Part shown: positions 21,664-32,027 of the stretch, piece after piece | Numbering within the stretch: the first letter of the stretch is position 1 | Layout of the letters: each line of letters starts with the position of its first letter | Origin: Planctomycetales bacterium | GTDB lineage: Bacteria > 4484-113 | Assembly: GCA_037441675.1 (NCBI GenBank) | Contig: JBBIRS010000003.1 | Coordinates: forward strand, 185,930-249,929 | DNA: 64,000 bases | Reading direction: 5' to 3' | Notes under the pieces: generated by a model | The model's input: only the letters and a program-made list of their open reading frames with translations | Told to the model about the DNA's origin: nothing | The model's database searches: none | Program-made: the position numbers and the translations under genes

Positions 21664-23874
21664 ATGAAGAGATTTATTGCAATTGGGATTGTTTTTGGTG
21701 GTGTTCTCCTAATTGCGTCTTGCGGTGGTGGTTCAGCTGTTAGGAGAATAACTCCACCTCCACCTCCTCCACCCTCAGGTGATGTTGAAGGTCGCTTAAC
21801 TGATTCTTACGGTACTCCTCTTGCTAACGCTAGTCTTCTATTAGACGGTGAAGAAATTGGCATCTACACTGATGAAAATGGAAATTTCAGGATCCCGGGC
21901 AATATGTTAACAGGTAGAGATCGCAGTCATTTAAGAATAGGGGTTAGACATCAGAATGTGTTTCTCGGGTCTGAAGTGGCAGATGCGACTGCTTCAGAAA
22001 CTTTAGATTTGCGATTTGGTGACCCAGTTGAAAACGGTGGAAACGTTAACGGAGTTGTTTATAACGCCGTAAATGGTGGAGCCATCGCAAATGCGTTAGT
22101 GATTCTTTTCCGAGTTCCGGGCTTCAACGTGGAAAGTCCTGGTGGGGCATCTGACTCTGCTCCTCCTTGGGTGTCTCTAACTGAAACAGCGGAGGATGGC
22201 ACTTTTAGCTTTGAAGGCGTTCCACCTGGAGAGTTTGAGCTGTTCGTTTTCCACTCTGACTACAAGATGAAATTATTGACCGCTGAGGTTGAAGAGGGAA
22301 ACACTACTCAGTTGATGATTGACCTTGAGCCTAAGAGGCTTCCAACCGAGCCAGGGGATGGTTACTATGTTAAAGGTTACGTGAGAGAGGCGGGCACTGG
22401 AGCGCCAGTTGTTGGAGCCCTTGTCCAGGGTAATTCAGATTCCGGTTGGTACTACATTATGGGCGCTCCGGAGAATGTAGATGTAACTCTACCACCAGAT
22501 GTTGCTACTCGGAATGATGGCTCTGCAGGTGGAGCTATGCCTGCTATCTACCCACCTCCTCATCCTTGGGAACCCCCCATTTTCCAAGAGGCAGTTACTG
22601 ATGAAAACGGCTATTTTGAGTTTGAAGAACCATTTAACGGTAGTGGTGTTTATGTAACTGTGACTTCGGAAAACCATATGCCCTTCGGACAGTACTATCA
22701 GAGGGAGGCTGATGATACACTTGAACTTGAGATAGAGCTTACCCCGATTGTTCCGGTTCAAGTTAGTGGAAGGGTGGTTGATCCATCCGGCAATGGAATT
22801 GAAGGAGCTTATGTTGAGTTTATCTACATTAACTATGACTATTACGATGATGGGATAATCCTGCCAGCTGGAGGAGAGCTTGACAAGATGGATCCGATGG
22901 GGCTAGCGACTGCTCAGTCAGGTATGGCTGACGCACCTGCCGGCGCTCCAGCTCCTCCTAACTACAGCGGTGGTTCCAGCGAGCCGTACGATAACTACGC
23001 AATGCAGAGATACCGCCATGAACAGCGAGAAAGACGCGGTGCTTCAGATCTCCCCGAGCCATTCGGCTATTATTCCGCAGTTACGGATGAGAATGGAAAC
23101 TTTGACCTAGGGGAGATTCCCTCTGGGCATTATTCCATCTTTGCTCAGGCTTACGGTTACTTAGGCTACTGGGCTGACGAGCAGATTGAGAGCGATAAAC
23201 CTGATTACGAAATCACTTTAGACCCAATACCGGTAGGCGCAATTGAAGGCGATGTTTTTGATGAAAAGGGTAACCCTGTGGCTGATGTTTTAGTTAACGC
23301 AACTCAGCCTAATATTGATCCATTCACTTTTACAGATGCAAATGGTCATTTTAGGCTTGATAATGTTCCAGCAGGCGTTTGGCGTGTAGGAGCTTACAAA
23401 GAGGGTTATCATGCTGGTGTAATTGATGCGGTTGAGGTTATTGAGAATGACACTGTTACAGTTACACTGGAGATTACTAAGATTACCGAACCTGAACCGC
23501 CAGACACCATTAAATTCAGTGGTCGCATATATGATGGTGTAACAGGAGAGGCAGTAGCGGGTGCACAGATGGTTGCTGTGAAAATGGACGATACTCACTT
23601 TGCGCACACTGTATCCGCAAGCGATGGTTACTTTGAGATGGACTTAGTTCCCGGCGACTATACTCTAAATGTTGTGAAGGATGGTTACATTGACCTTTTC
23701 ACCTGGTTCTGGGTTGACCCGGAATTTCTAGGCATGGATTTCTATCTTTGGCCGATAGGTAGTTGGGGCGGTGGTGGATCTGTTCCTCCAATGCGCGGAG
23801 GTTGGATTGAAGCTGGAACTGATGTGGCTCCGCCAAGCGCGCCGGGTATGCCACCTAAACCTCCAATGATGTAG
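21664..23874 (+). CDS. Lipoprotein with multiple carboxypeptidase-regulatory-like (prealbumin-fold) repeats
   Basis: Lipobox IASC; repeated G.V.D..G.P+.GA.V...TDENG.F units; Pro-rich termini. Confidence 0.8.
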   Translation: MKRFIAIGIVFGGVLLIASCGGGSAVRRITPPPPPPPSGDVEGRLTDSYGTPLANASLLLDGEEIGIYTDENGNFRIPGNMLTGRDRSHLRIGVRHQNVFLGSEVADATASETLDLRFGDPVENGGNVNGVVYNAVNGGAIANALVILFRVPGFNVESPGGASDSAPPWVSLTETAEDGTFSFEGVPPGEFELFVFHSDYKMKLLTAEVEEGNTTQLMIDLEPKRLPTEPGDGYYVKGYVREAGTGAPVVGALVQGNSDSGWYYIMGAPENVDVTLPPDVATRNDGSAGGAMPAIYPPPHPWEPPIFQEAVTDENGYFEFEEPFNGSGVYVTVTSENHMPFGQYYQREADDTLELEIELTPIVPVQVSGRVVDPSGNGIEGAYVEFIYINYDYYDDGIILPAGGELDKMDPMGLATAQSGMADAPAGAPAPPNYSGGSSEPYDNYAMQRYRHEQRERRGASDLPEPFGYYSAVTDENGNFDLGEIPSGHYSIFAQAYGYLGYWADEQIESDKPDYEITLDPIPVGAIEGDVFDEKGNPVADVLVNATQPNIDPFTFTDANGHFRLDNVPAGVWRVGAYKEGYHAGVIDAVEVIENDTVTVTLEITKITEPEPPDTIKFSGRIYDGVTGEAVAGAQMVAVKMDDTHFAHTVSASDGYFEMDLVPGDYTLNVVKDGYIDLFTWFWVDPEFLGMDFYLWPIGSWGGGGSVPPMRGGWIEAGTDVAPPSAPGMPPKPPMM

Positions 23875-23918
23875 TTTTCAGATGTGCGTTTGAGCGATTG
23901 TTTAGCCTTAAGGGATTG

Positions 23919-23957
23919 GGCACGGATACTAGCAACTTATGCAATAGTATCCGTGCC
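23919..23957. terminator. 13-bp perfect inverted repeat between convergent genes (probable bidirectional terminator)
   Basis: GGCACGGATACTA (23919-23931) / TAGTATCCGTGCC (23945-23957). Confidence 0.65.
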
Positions 23958-24081
23958 ATATGATTTTCCCTCTTCCAACAAACTTTATTCGCCTATACGA
24001 GTAAGGGTTGTATTAGATAAATTTTAAGAAAATATTTTTCAGCGAGAAGCGCAAGGTGCCAGTTACATTTGGATAGTCAGC

Positions 24082-25314
24082 TCAGCTTCCCACTATTTGA
24101 AAAATCCTACCACTAATATAATCTGCGAGATAAATCTCTCCGACTTCATCCTCGCCAAAGGTGCTAATTTGGTAGCTAGTATGCTTGAAAAGAGCCCATT
24201 GCCATCCCCTTGATGTTCGCCTAAGACCCCAGATGCTACCAGAGCCGAAATCTGCGAAGAAGTAAGTTCCATTCAAGTCGGGAAATTTCTTTCCACGGTA
24301 AACATAGCCACCGGTGATAGAGATGCCGACGTCATGCCCGTACTCCAAAATGGGAGGAGTTAATCCACTTCTGTCTGAACCGGGCTTTATCTCAAAGTCG
24401 TGGAAACCTTCAAGCAAGTCCCAACCGTAGTTTTGTCCGCCTTTACTGCCTGCTCCTTGGAAATGCACCTCTTCCCACTTGTTCTGTCCAACGTCTGCAA
24501 TGTAAAGGTCGCCGGTGAGGCGGTCAAAGCTGTATCTCCAAGGGTTTCTGAGACCATATGCCCAGATTTCAGGCTTTATGCCAGGCTTGTCGTTGAAGGG
24601 ATTGTCAGGTGGGATGGAGTAAGGGTATCCTTTGTCTATATCAATTCTTAGAAGTTTGCCGAGAAGGACTGAGAGATTCTGCGCGTTTCCCCAGGGGTCG
24701 CCTGCTGAACCGCCATCGCCCATTCCAATATATAGGTAGCGGTCGGGCCCAAAAAGAATCAGTCCTCCGTTGTGATTTCCTGCGGGTTGAGGGATTTTCA
24801 GAAGGACGCGCTCGGTATTTTCATCAGCGCGATTCGGATTTGCGCTCACTTTGAATTCGGAGATTGTAGTGTCTCCGTTGAGGTCGGTATAGTCAACGAA
24901 GAGGCGACCATTCTTTTTGTAATTAGGATGAAATGCGACGGAAAGAAGCCCGCGCTATCTACCTGCTTTGGTTTTCCCTGTGATGTTCAAGAATGGCTCT
25001 GATAAGGCTGAACCGTCCTTAAGAATCTTTATTGTTCCTCTCTGCTCAACGATGAAGAGCCTGCCGGAACCATCTCGAGCGTGACCGATGAAAGTAACGT
25101 GACTGTAATGAGCAGCTATTAGCTTAAGATCTATCTTTGCCCAAGCCTTTACCATCGTCGCATTTTCTCCACTTATTAACGGAACGGAGGGAGAAGTTGA
25201 TTTGGGCGAGGGCTCCGCATAGGCGTTCTTTTCTTGTGTTTTGTTGCAGGAAGAAGGCGATGGCAGAGCAAAGGCTAGTATCAGAATAAACGCAAATATC
25301 TCTTTTTTTATCAT
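24082..25314 (-). pseudogene. Secreted glucose/sorbosone (PQQ-dependent sugar) dehydrogenase split by an in-frame TAG at 24955-24957
   Basis: One frame reads KTKAGR*RGLLSVAFHPNYKKNGRLFVDYTD...NHNGG...GLRNPWR; the paralog at 6952-9594 has E at the stop position (SEQGLLGLAFHP). Confidence 0.85.
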
Positions 25315-25561
25315 TGAGATTTACTATCTCCTTTGATGACAGTTTCAATTTGCTGGCATGAGTCTACTAAAAGCGAAACATAGTATCAATGAAAGAGGCA
25401 TAAATATTTTGAGTATCAGAATATGTAACATAAAGAAGTAGAAGGAAGTTGAGAGAATGTACGCGCTAAGCCTGCAGAATGTTTGGCCCACAAAGAAATT
25501 GGCAAGTTAAGGGGTTGGAAAAGAGAAATAGCAAATCAAATAGTAGCGGATTGGGGTTTAG

Positions 25562-26674
25562 GTGGATATAATCTTAGTGATGTCAACCGTACCTATTAGC
25601 GGAGCGTCACACTCTGGAAAGAAGCGGATCCTGACCGGTGATAGACCAACGGGAAAGCTCCATCTTGGGCATTACGTTGGCTCACTGATAAATCGGGTCA
25701 AGCTCCAGAGAGAATACGAGACGTTTATCATCATCGCGGACGTTCAGGCATTGACTACACATTGGCAGGAGCCTGAGCGGATTCGCCAATCGGTGTTTAA
25801 CGTGGCGCTGGATAATCTTGCTGTCGGTATTGACCCTGAGATATCCACAATTTGCGTTCAATCTATGATTCCCGAGATTGCGGAGCTAACGGTAATCTAT
25901 GGGCTTTTCACGAATATGAATAAGCTCAGGCATAATCCAACGACAAAGGCAGAGGCATTGCAGTATGGGATGATAGGCGAGAATGGCGATTTGACAACTG
26001 GCTTTGATCAGCTGACTTACGGCTTTTTCGGCTATCCTGTTTCGCAGGCAGCGGATATTACGTTTGTGCGTGCTAATCTCGTGCCAGTTGGCGAAGACCA
26101 AGTTCCACACATTGAGCTTTGTCGGGATATAGTTCGCAAGTTCAATCAGCTTTACGGAAATGGGAGGGAAATAATTCCAGAGCCAGAAGCGCTCGTAAGT
26201 GATGTGGCAAGACTAAGCGCCCTGGATGGTTCAGCCAAGATGAGCAAGAGTCTAGGCAATGTTATTAACCTTTCCGATGAGCGAGATGAGATTGAAAGGA
26301 TGGTATGGAAGGCAATTACTGACCCGGAGAAGATTCGGAAGAATGATAAAGGACATCCTGAGATATGCAACGTTTATAAGTATCACCGCATCTTTAACAC
26401 AAAGGAGAATTCTGATATAGTAGAGCGCGACTGTAAGAGCGGGGCGCTGGGTTGCGTGGAATGTAAGGGAAGATTAACCGAAGTACTGGACATTCTGCTT
26501 GCGCCGATTAGGAATCGACGTAAGGAACTAGAGGCGAGAATGGGTGATGTGGAAGAAATTCTGCGGGAAGGAACAAAACGTGCTCGCAGGGAAGGTCAAG
26601 AGACCTTGAAGATGGTTAAGGAGGCACTTAAAATTGATTATTTCAAATTACCGAATGGCTTTTCTCAGGTTTGA
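25562..26674 (+). CDS. trpS: Tryptophan--tRNA ligase
   Basis: TGDRPTGKLHLGH, YPVSQAADI, VPVGEDQ and KMSKS motifs; start may be ATG 25580. Confidence 0.96.
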   Translation: MDIILVMSTVPISGASHSGKKRILTGDRPTGKLHLGHYVGSLINRVKLQREYETFIIIADVQALTTHWQEPERIRQSVFNVALDNLAVGIDPEISTICVQSMIPEIAELTVIYGLFTNMNKLRHNPTTKAEALQYGMIGENGDLTTGFDQLTYGFFGYPVSQAADITFVRANLVPVGEDQVPHIELCRDIVRKFNQLYGNGREIIPEPEALVSDVARLSALDGSAKMSKSLGNVINLSDERDEIERMVWKAITDPEKIRKNDKGHPEICNVYKYHRIFNTKENSDIVERDCKSGALGCVECKGRLTEVLDILLAPIRNRRKELEARMGDVEEILREGTKRARREGQETLKMVKEALKIDYFKLPNGFSQV

Positions 26675-26678
26675 AGAG

Positions 26679-26702
26679 ACACCCCGAAAGGGGTGTTTTT
26701 TT
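26679..26702 (+). terminator. Rho-independent terminator after trpS
   Basis: ACACCCC-GAAA-GGGGTGT followed by a T-run. Confidence 0.85.
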
Positions 26703-26773
26703 ATGCATATTAGTAAAACACTATTAAGAGAAACTAGTTATCCACATCTTCAAAAGTGGTATGAGGTGATAAG

Positions 26774-29700
26774 TTGAGGAAGGATATTAAGAAAGTCTTA
26801 GTCATTGGGAATGGTCCAGTGATAATTGGGCAAGCAGCGGAGTTTGATTATTCCGGAACCCAAGCTTGCAGGGCTCTTAGGGAAGAGGGAGTGGAGGTAG
26901 TTCTGTTTAACTCTAACCCAGCAACGATTATGACGGATAAGGAAACCGCTGATAGGGTCTACATTGAGCCGATGGATGTTAACCACTTGGAGAAGGTTAT
27001 TTCAATTGAAAAGCCTGACGGAGTGTTACCTACACTGGGAGGGCAAACTGGTCTTAACCTTGCGACAGACCTTTATAGGTTAGGTATTGCGCAAAAGTAC
27101 AATCTAAAATTTTTAGGAACTCCTCCCGAAAGCATTGTTAAGGCGGAAGATAGAGAACTTTTCAAGCTGACAATGCAGTCAATTGGGATGCCTGTTCCCA
27201 AGAGCATTGCAGTGAAAGACTACGAAGAAGCTCTCACTTTCGCAAAAAGTGAAGGTTTTCCACTTATTGTTCGTCCTGGTTTCACGCTTGGCGGAACTGG
27301 TGGGGGGATTGCGTTTAATATGGAGGAGTTTAGAGAAATCGTGATTAGAGGCTTCGCTCACTCGTTGAATCACCAAGTACTAATTGAAAAGTGTGTCCTT
27401 GGCTGGAAGGAAATTGAATATGAGGTGATGCGGGATAGCGCAGACAACTGCATCACGGTGTGCAATATGGAGAACATTGATCCAATGGGGATACACACAG
27501 GTGATTCAATTGTAGTCGCACCTAGCTTAACTATTACAGATAGGGAGCATCAGCTCTTAAGGAGCGCTTCAATAAAGATTATTCGCACACTAGAGATTGA
27601 AGGCGGGTGTAACGTTCAGTTTGCGTTACATCCTGAGTGTCTTAAATTTTATGTAATTGAGGTGAACCCCAGAGTTTCCCGCTCGTCCGCTCTAGCGAGC
27701 AAGGCGACGGGTTATCCCATTGCTAGGGTTGCAGCGAAAATTGCACTAGGTTTAAGGCTGGATGAGATACCGAACCAGGTAACTGGAATGACTATGGCTT
27801 CTTTTGAGCCTGCCCTTGACTATGTGGTGCTAAAGATACCTAAGTGGCCCTTTGACAAGTTTTCTGAGGCTGATAGGTCTCTTGGTTCACAGATGAAAAG
27901 CACGGGCGAAGTAATGGCTATTGATAGAACATTTGAGGGAGCTCTCCTAAAGGCTTTGGAGGGGCTAGAAGTCAAACTTTGGAGCTTTCATACGAATAGA
28001 TTTTTGAAGATGAATGACGCGGAATTGCAGAATTATCTGTCAACTCCAACTGATGGAAGACTCTTTGCCATTTTTGAAGCGCTTCACAGAGGGTATTCTG
28101 TAGAAACTATCGCAAAACTTACCCAAATCAGCCCTTACTTTATAAGACGAATAAAGAACCTTATTGAGGCGGAGAAAAAGTTCAAAGGTCGAAAGGTAGA
28201 AAGCGTAAACTTAGAGGAGCTTGCGTGGCTAAAGGCGCATGGGCTTTCAGATAGACTGCTTGCACTCATTCTTGATGATGACGAGAGGAAAGTTACGGAG
28301 ACTAGAAAGTGTAACGGCTTTAATCCGCAGTTTAAGGCAGTAGATACTTGTGCCGCTGAATTTAAGGCGTTAACACCTTACTTTTTTAGCACATATGCGG
28401 AGGAAAGTGACGCTAGACCACTCAAGTCGTTTAAGAGAGCTTCTGAGAAGAAGGGAAAGGTTCTAGTGATTGGCTCTGGACCTATTCGAATTGGGCAAGG
28501 GATTGAGTTTGATTACTGCTCAGTTCACGCTCTTAATGCCCTCAACAAGTTGGGTTACGAAGCGATCATTATTAACAACAATCCTGAGACTGTATCCACA
28601 GATTTTGATATGAGCGATGGTCTCTATTTTGAACCAATTACACTTGAGAGGGTGTTAGCAGTTTGGGAGAGGGAAAAGCCAATTGGTGTTGTTGTCCAGT
28701 TTGGAGGGCAAACAGCCATAAACATTGCAAAACCGCTTGCCAAGGCAGGCGTAAAAATACTTGGCACCACTGTTGAGGGAATTGACGTTACAGAAAATAG
28801 GGAGAAGTTTGACGTTCTTATGGGCGAGTTAAATATACCTCGTCCACCCGGAAGCGCTATCTCCGATTATCCTAGAGCGGTTGAGGTTGCTGAGAGAATT
28901 GGATTTCCGGTTCTTGTTCGTCCTTCATACGTTTTGGGTGGCCGGGCAATGGAGATAATTTACACTTCGGAGGCTTTGACGCGCTTCATTGAAGCTAATT
29001 CATGGTCATTTGCCGACCAACCAATTCTAATTGACAAGTATTACCGAGGGACGGAAGTTGAGGTTGACTTAATTTCAGATGGCGAAGACATCCTCATTCC
29101 AGGAATTATGGAGCATATTGAAAAAGCGGGCATTCATTCAGGGGATTCTATGGCGGTTTACCCGCCTGTCAGTTTAAGCCAAAGGCAGATTGAAACCATA
29201 GTGGATTACTCTTGGAAGATAGCCAAGCGCGTTCAGGCTGTGGGAATGATAAATATTCAGTTTGTGATTACGGAGGAAGGTAATGTTTTAGTGTTGGAGG
29301 TAAATCCTAGAGCAAGTAGGACTGTTCCATACCTCTCAAAGATTACAGGAGTTTGGATGATACAGCTTGCGGTAACTGCTATTATGGGGGAGAGGTTGAG
29401 AGATTTGGGAGTTCCGCTTGGGCTTCTTCCTCCTGGCAGATTCTACGGCGTTAAATCGCCAGTATTTAGTTTTGCTAAAATATCGCGCGCGGAGGTGGGT
29501 TTAGGCCCTGAAATGAAGAGCACTGGTGAGGTTATGGGTATCAGCGAGAATTTTAGCATCGCTTTGAAGAAAGCTATGCTTGCGGCTGGGTTGAAAGTAC
29601 CCGAGCTTCGCCGAGAGCCGGTATTGGCAATGGCAGGAAATGCAAGAGCACAGGTAAGCGGTTCTCAAGTTTATCCGCTCACATCTGATACTTCGCCAAA

Positions 29701-30127
29701 ATCTGAGGAAGCTGTGCTCTTCACCATCGCTGATAAGGATAAGGAGGAAGCTTTTTCACTTGCGATGAGATTCAGCGAGCTTGGTTTTAAGATATACGCA
29801 AGCCACGGAACTGCTCGCTACTTCAATAGTAGAGGGTTTCAGGCGGAGTCAGTCTTTAAGCTAAGCGAGGGTCGTCCGCATATTATCGACCTTCTCACAA
29901 ATGGCAAATTTAGTTTGATAGTGAATACGATTTCCGACAACCGCATCGCGGAGATTGAAGCGCGGGCAATTAGAAGAACAGCAGTTGAGCTTGGGATTCC
30001 AGTAATTACGAGCCTAGACACTGCGGCGGCATTACTCACCGCAATAATAACACCAATGGAGGATGAAACTGGACTTCCTAAAGTTACGGAGCTAGGGGAG
30101 ATTGGGCGGGCGTGGAGAACCAATTAA
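26774..30127 (+). CDS. carB: Carbamoyl-phosphate synthase large subunit
   Basis: GQAAEFDYSG, duplicated ATP-grasp domains (EVNPRVSRSS / EVNPRASRT) and C-terminal MGS domain. Confidence 0.97.
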   Translation: MRKDIKKVLVIGNGPVIIGQAAEFDYSGTQACRALREEGVEVVLFNSNPATIMTDKETADRVYIEPMDVNHLEKVISIEKPDGVLPTLGGQTGLNLATDLYRLGIAQKYNLKFLGTPPESIVKAEDRELFKLTMQSIGMPVPKSIAVKDYEEALTFAKSEGFPLIVRPGFTLGGTGGGIAFNMEEFREIVIRGFAHSLNHQVLIEKCVLGWKEIEYEVMRDSADNCITVCNMENIDPMGIHTGDSIVVAPSLTITDREHQLLRSASIKIIRTLEIEGGCNVQFALHPECLKFYVIEVNPRVSRSSALASKATGYPIARVAAKIALGLRLDEIPNQVTGMTMASFEPALDYVVLKIPKWPFDKFSEADRSLGSQMKSTGEVMAIDRTFEGALLKALEGLEVKLWSFHTNRFLKMNDAELQNYLSTPTDGRLFAIFEALHRGYSVETIAKLTQISPYFIRRIKNLIEAEKKFKGRKVESVNLEELAWLKAHGLSDRLLALILDDDERKVTETRKCNGFNPQFKAVDTCAAEFKALTPYFFSTYAEESDARPLKSFKRASEKKGKVLVIGSGPIRIGQGIEFDYCSVHALNALNKLGYEAIIINNNPETVSTDFDMSDGLYFEPITLERVLAVWEREKPIGVVVQFGGQTAINIAKPLAKAGVKILGTTVEGIDVTENREKFDVLMGELNIPRPPGSAISDYPRAVEVAERIGFPVLVRPSYVLGGRAMEIIYTSEALTRFIEANSWSFADQPILIDKYYRGTEVEVDLISDGEDILIPGIMEHIEKAGIHSGDSMAVYPPVSLSQRQIETIVDYSWKIAKRVQAVGMINIQFVITEEGNVLVLEVNPRASRTVPYLSKITGVWMIQLAVTAIMGERLRDLGVPLGLLPPGRFYGVKSPVFSFAKISRAEVGLGPEMKSTGEVMGISENFSIALKKAMLAAGLKVPELRREPVLAMAGNARAQVSGSQVYPLTSDTSPKSEEAVLFTIADKDKEEAFSLAMRFSELGFKIYASHGTARYFNSRGFQAESVFKLSEGRPHIIDLLTNGKFSLIVNTISDNRIAEIEARAIRRTAVELGIPVITSLDTAAALLTAIITPMEDETGLPKVTELGEIGRAWRTN

Positions 30128-30265
30128 AATCGCTTAAAACGCATCCTTAAGCTTTCTTAATCTCTTTTGTTTATTGCACGTGCTTTTTCAAAATCTCTTG
30201 GATAACTCGGTTTATATCTGCATCCGGTTAGAGCTTACCTTTGACACGATTTGAATTTGTTCATT

Positions 30266-31060
30266 TTAGCTTGGATTTATCAGCTCTTCGTAGTTATTCC
30301 TCGGGTTGTTTACCGCGGGGCTGACGGGGTAGGCGGTCATTTCCGCAGGCGGGAATGGCTTGAGGAGGGAGAGAAGGACTTGTTCTGCTTCATCTGAGGT
30401 GGAAATTGTTATGCTCTCCTCGCATTTACCACTGGAAGTAGATAAAGCTTGCTTTCCGCTTGCACTCCAAGCGAATTCTCGCCCTACGGCTTTTTCGGGC
30501 AATTCTGGATCTAGCCAGATATCTGTGGCTTCGCAGGTTAGAATTACTGGCATGCGATTGTGTATTTCTGCTAACAAGTCGTTCGGTTCAGTAGTAATAA
30601 TGGTGCAGGTTTGAATTGGTTCGCTTGTTTGCTTGTGGTTATCACTAGATGGAGGTGTCCACATTTCCCACAATCCAGCGAAACAAAAGGGCTTACCGCT
30701 TTTAAGGCGAACATAGATGGGGACTTTTCGTTTACTCCCCTTTTTCCACTCGTAGAACCCATCCGCAAGAATTAGACATCTTCGCTTAACAAAAGCCTGC
30801 CGAAATATGCGTTTATCTGCGATGGTTTCTGCGCGAGCATTTATCAAGCGGTTACCGATGCTTTCGTTCTTTGCCCATGAGGGTATCAACCCCCAGCGGA
30901 ATGAAACAAGGCTACGTTTGCCTTGCTGGTTTAAGATTACCGCAACTTTTTGCGTTGGAGCAATGTTGAAAGAAGGCTTGAATTCTATATTAACCTCATC
31001 TATTCGGAATTCATTGATGGCAGTTTCAAACCCACTCGCAAATGTAAATCTTCCACACAT
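30266..31060 (-). CDS. SOS response-associated peptidase (SRAP/YedK/HMCES family)
   Basis: N-terminal MCGRF, FNIAPTQ, WGLIP, INARAET, GFYEW and IHNRMPVIL motifs. Confidence 0.94.
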   Translation of the reverse strand: MCGRFTFASGFETAINEFRIDEVNIEFKPSFNIAPTQKVAVILNQQGKRSLVSFRWGLIPSWAKNESIGNRLINARAETIADKRIFRQAFVKRRCLILADGFYEWKKGSKRKVPIYVRLKSGKPFCFAGLWEMWTPPSSDNHKQTSEPIQTCTIITTEPNDLLAEIHNRMPVILTCEATDIWLDPELPEKAVGREFAWSASGKQALSTSSGKCEESITISTSDEAEQVLLSLLKPFPPAEMTAYPVSPAVNNPRNNYEELINPS

Positions 31061-31071
31061 TGCAATATTAA

Positions 31072-31491
31072 CTAACGCTTTTTCCTATTCCGCCTTCTAA
31101 GGAACAAAGCATCTATAGAATACTCACCTGCGCCGAGCATTACAAGAGCACCAGCGATACTAAAGTAGGCTAAGGCTAGTTCCCTGCGTTCTAATGGGTC
31201 ACCCGCGTGGGCGATGAATGCGGCAACGCTCATATTGATGAAGAGTAGAAGCGCCATTAGCCTAGTTGCAAGACCTAAGGCGATGAGTATGCCTCCGCCA
31301 AATTCGGTTAAAGCGGATAGCCAAGCGAAAAACTCTGGCATTGGGAAGCCCATATTCGCAACACCCTGAGTGAGCTGAACAATATTCCCACCAAAGACCT
31401 TACCATACCCGTGATAAGCGATACCCGCGCCAACTAGGACGCGTAGCCACAAAAGCCCAAGTGATGCTAGTAATGTTGGAAATCTTTTCAT
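31072..31491 (-). CDS. DoxX family membrane protein
   Basis: LRV..G.....HG..K, EFGGG.LI.LGL.TR and GAGEYSID motifs. Confidence 0.9.
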   Translation of the reverse strand: MKRFPTLLASLGLLWLRVLVGAGIAYHGYGKVFGGNIVQLTQGVANMGFPMPEFFAWLSALTEFGGGILIALGLATRLMALLLFINMSVAAFIAHAGDPLERRELALAYFSIAGALVMLGAGEYSIDALFLRRRNRKKR

Positions 31492-32023
31492 TTTTGACTA
31501 CTCCTTGAGGGTTCTTCGATTGTTTCTTCTGCCTTCTTGCGGGGGATAGAAAGACTCTTCCAATTCCCCGATCGAAGATGCTTTGCAAGATATACTATTT
31601 GGCCAATGTGATAGGCGTAGTGAGTGGATTGGCGGTTTATCGCTTGAAGAACTGTATGTGGTTTGCCACGAATGGTGACAGTTTTGAGAAGATCATCCTC
31701 TTTCAGGGTTTCTAAGGTTTCAAACAGCCTGCTCCATCCCATTTCAAAGTAAGATATTATCTCTTCGCGGGAAGTAAAGTTGTCAATAAACTCATCATCG
31801 CGATTTCGCCAATCCTTCTCCCCATCGGTGGTGAGGAAATCCGTCCAGCGAGAAAGCATATTTCCTGCCATATGTTTCATTATTATGGCGATTGAGTTGG
31901 ATTCAGTAGCGGGAGAAAAGTGAAGCTCATCATCGTTAACTTGTTCAAGAGCTTTCTCCGCCAGCATTTTGTAAGCTTTAAACTTTTGATTATATCATCT
32001 AAGTAATGAGAGCTAACATTCAT
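31488..32023 (-). pseudogene. DUF1572/DinB-like protein; N-terminus appears frameshifted near 31980
   Basis: SNSIAIIMKHMAGNMLSRWTDFLTTDGEK..RNRD.EF and HYAYHIGQI motifs; upstream MNVSSHYLDDIIKS joins KAYKMLAEKA only if one T is added (AGT TT AAA). Could be a sequence error or a gene starting at ATG 31967. Confidence 0.7.
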
Positions 32024-32027
32024 TGTT

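Noticed and set aside
7684..24957. Genome-wide stop-codon reassignment explaining the in-frame stops
   Set aside because: The stops differ (TAA, TAG, TGA), imply different residues, and all three codons terminate conserved genes at their expected ends
25315..25561. T-box leader upstream of trpS (also checked before lysS, serS and glyQS)
   Set aside because: No T-box bulge consensus or specifier-stem motifs seen
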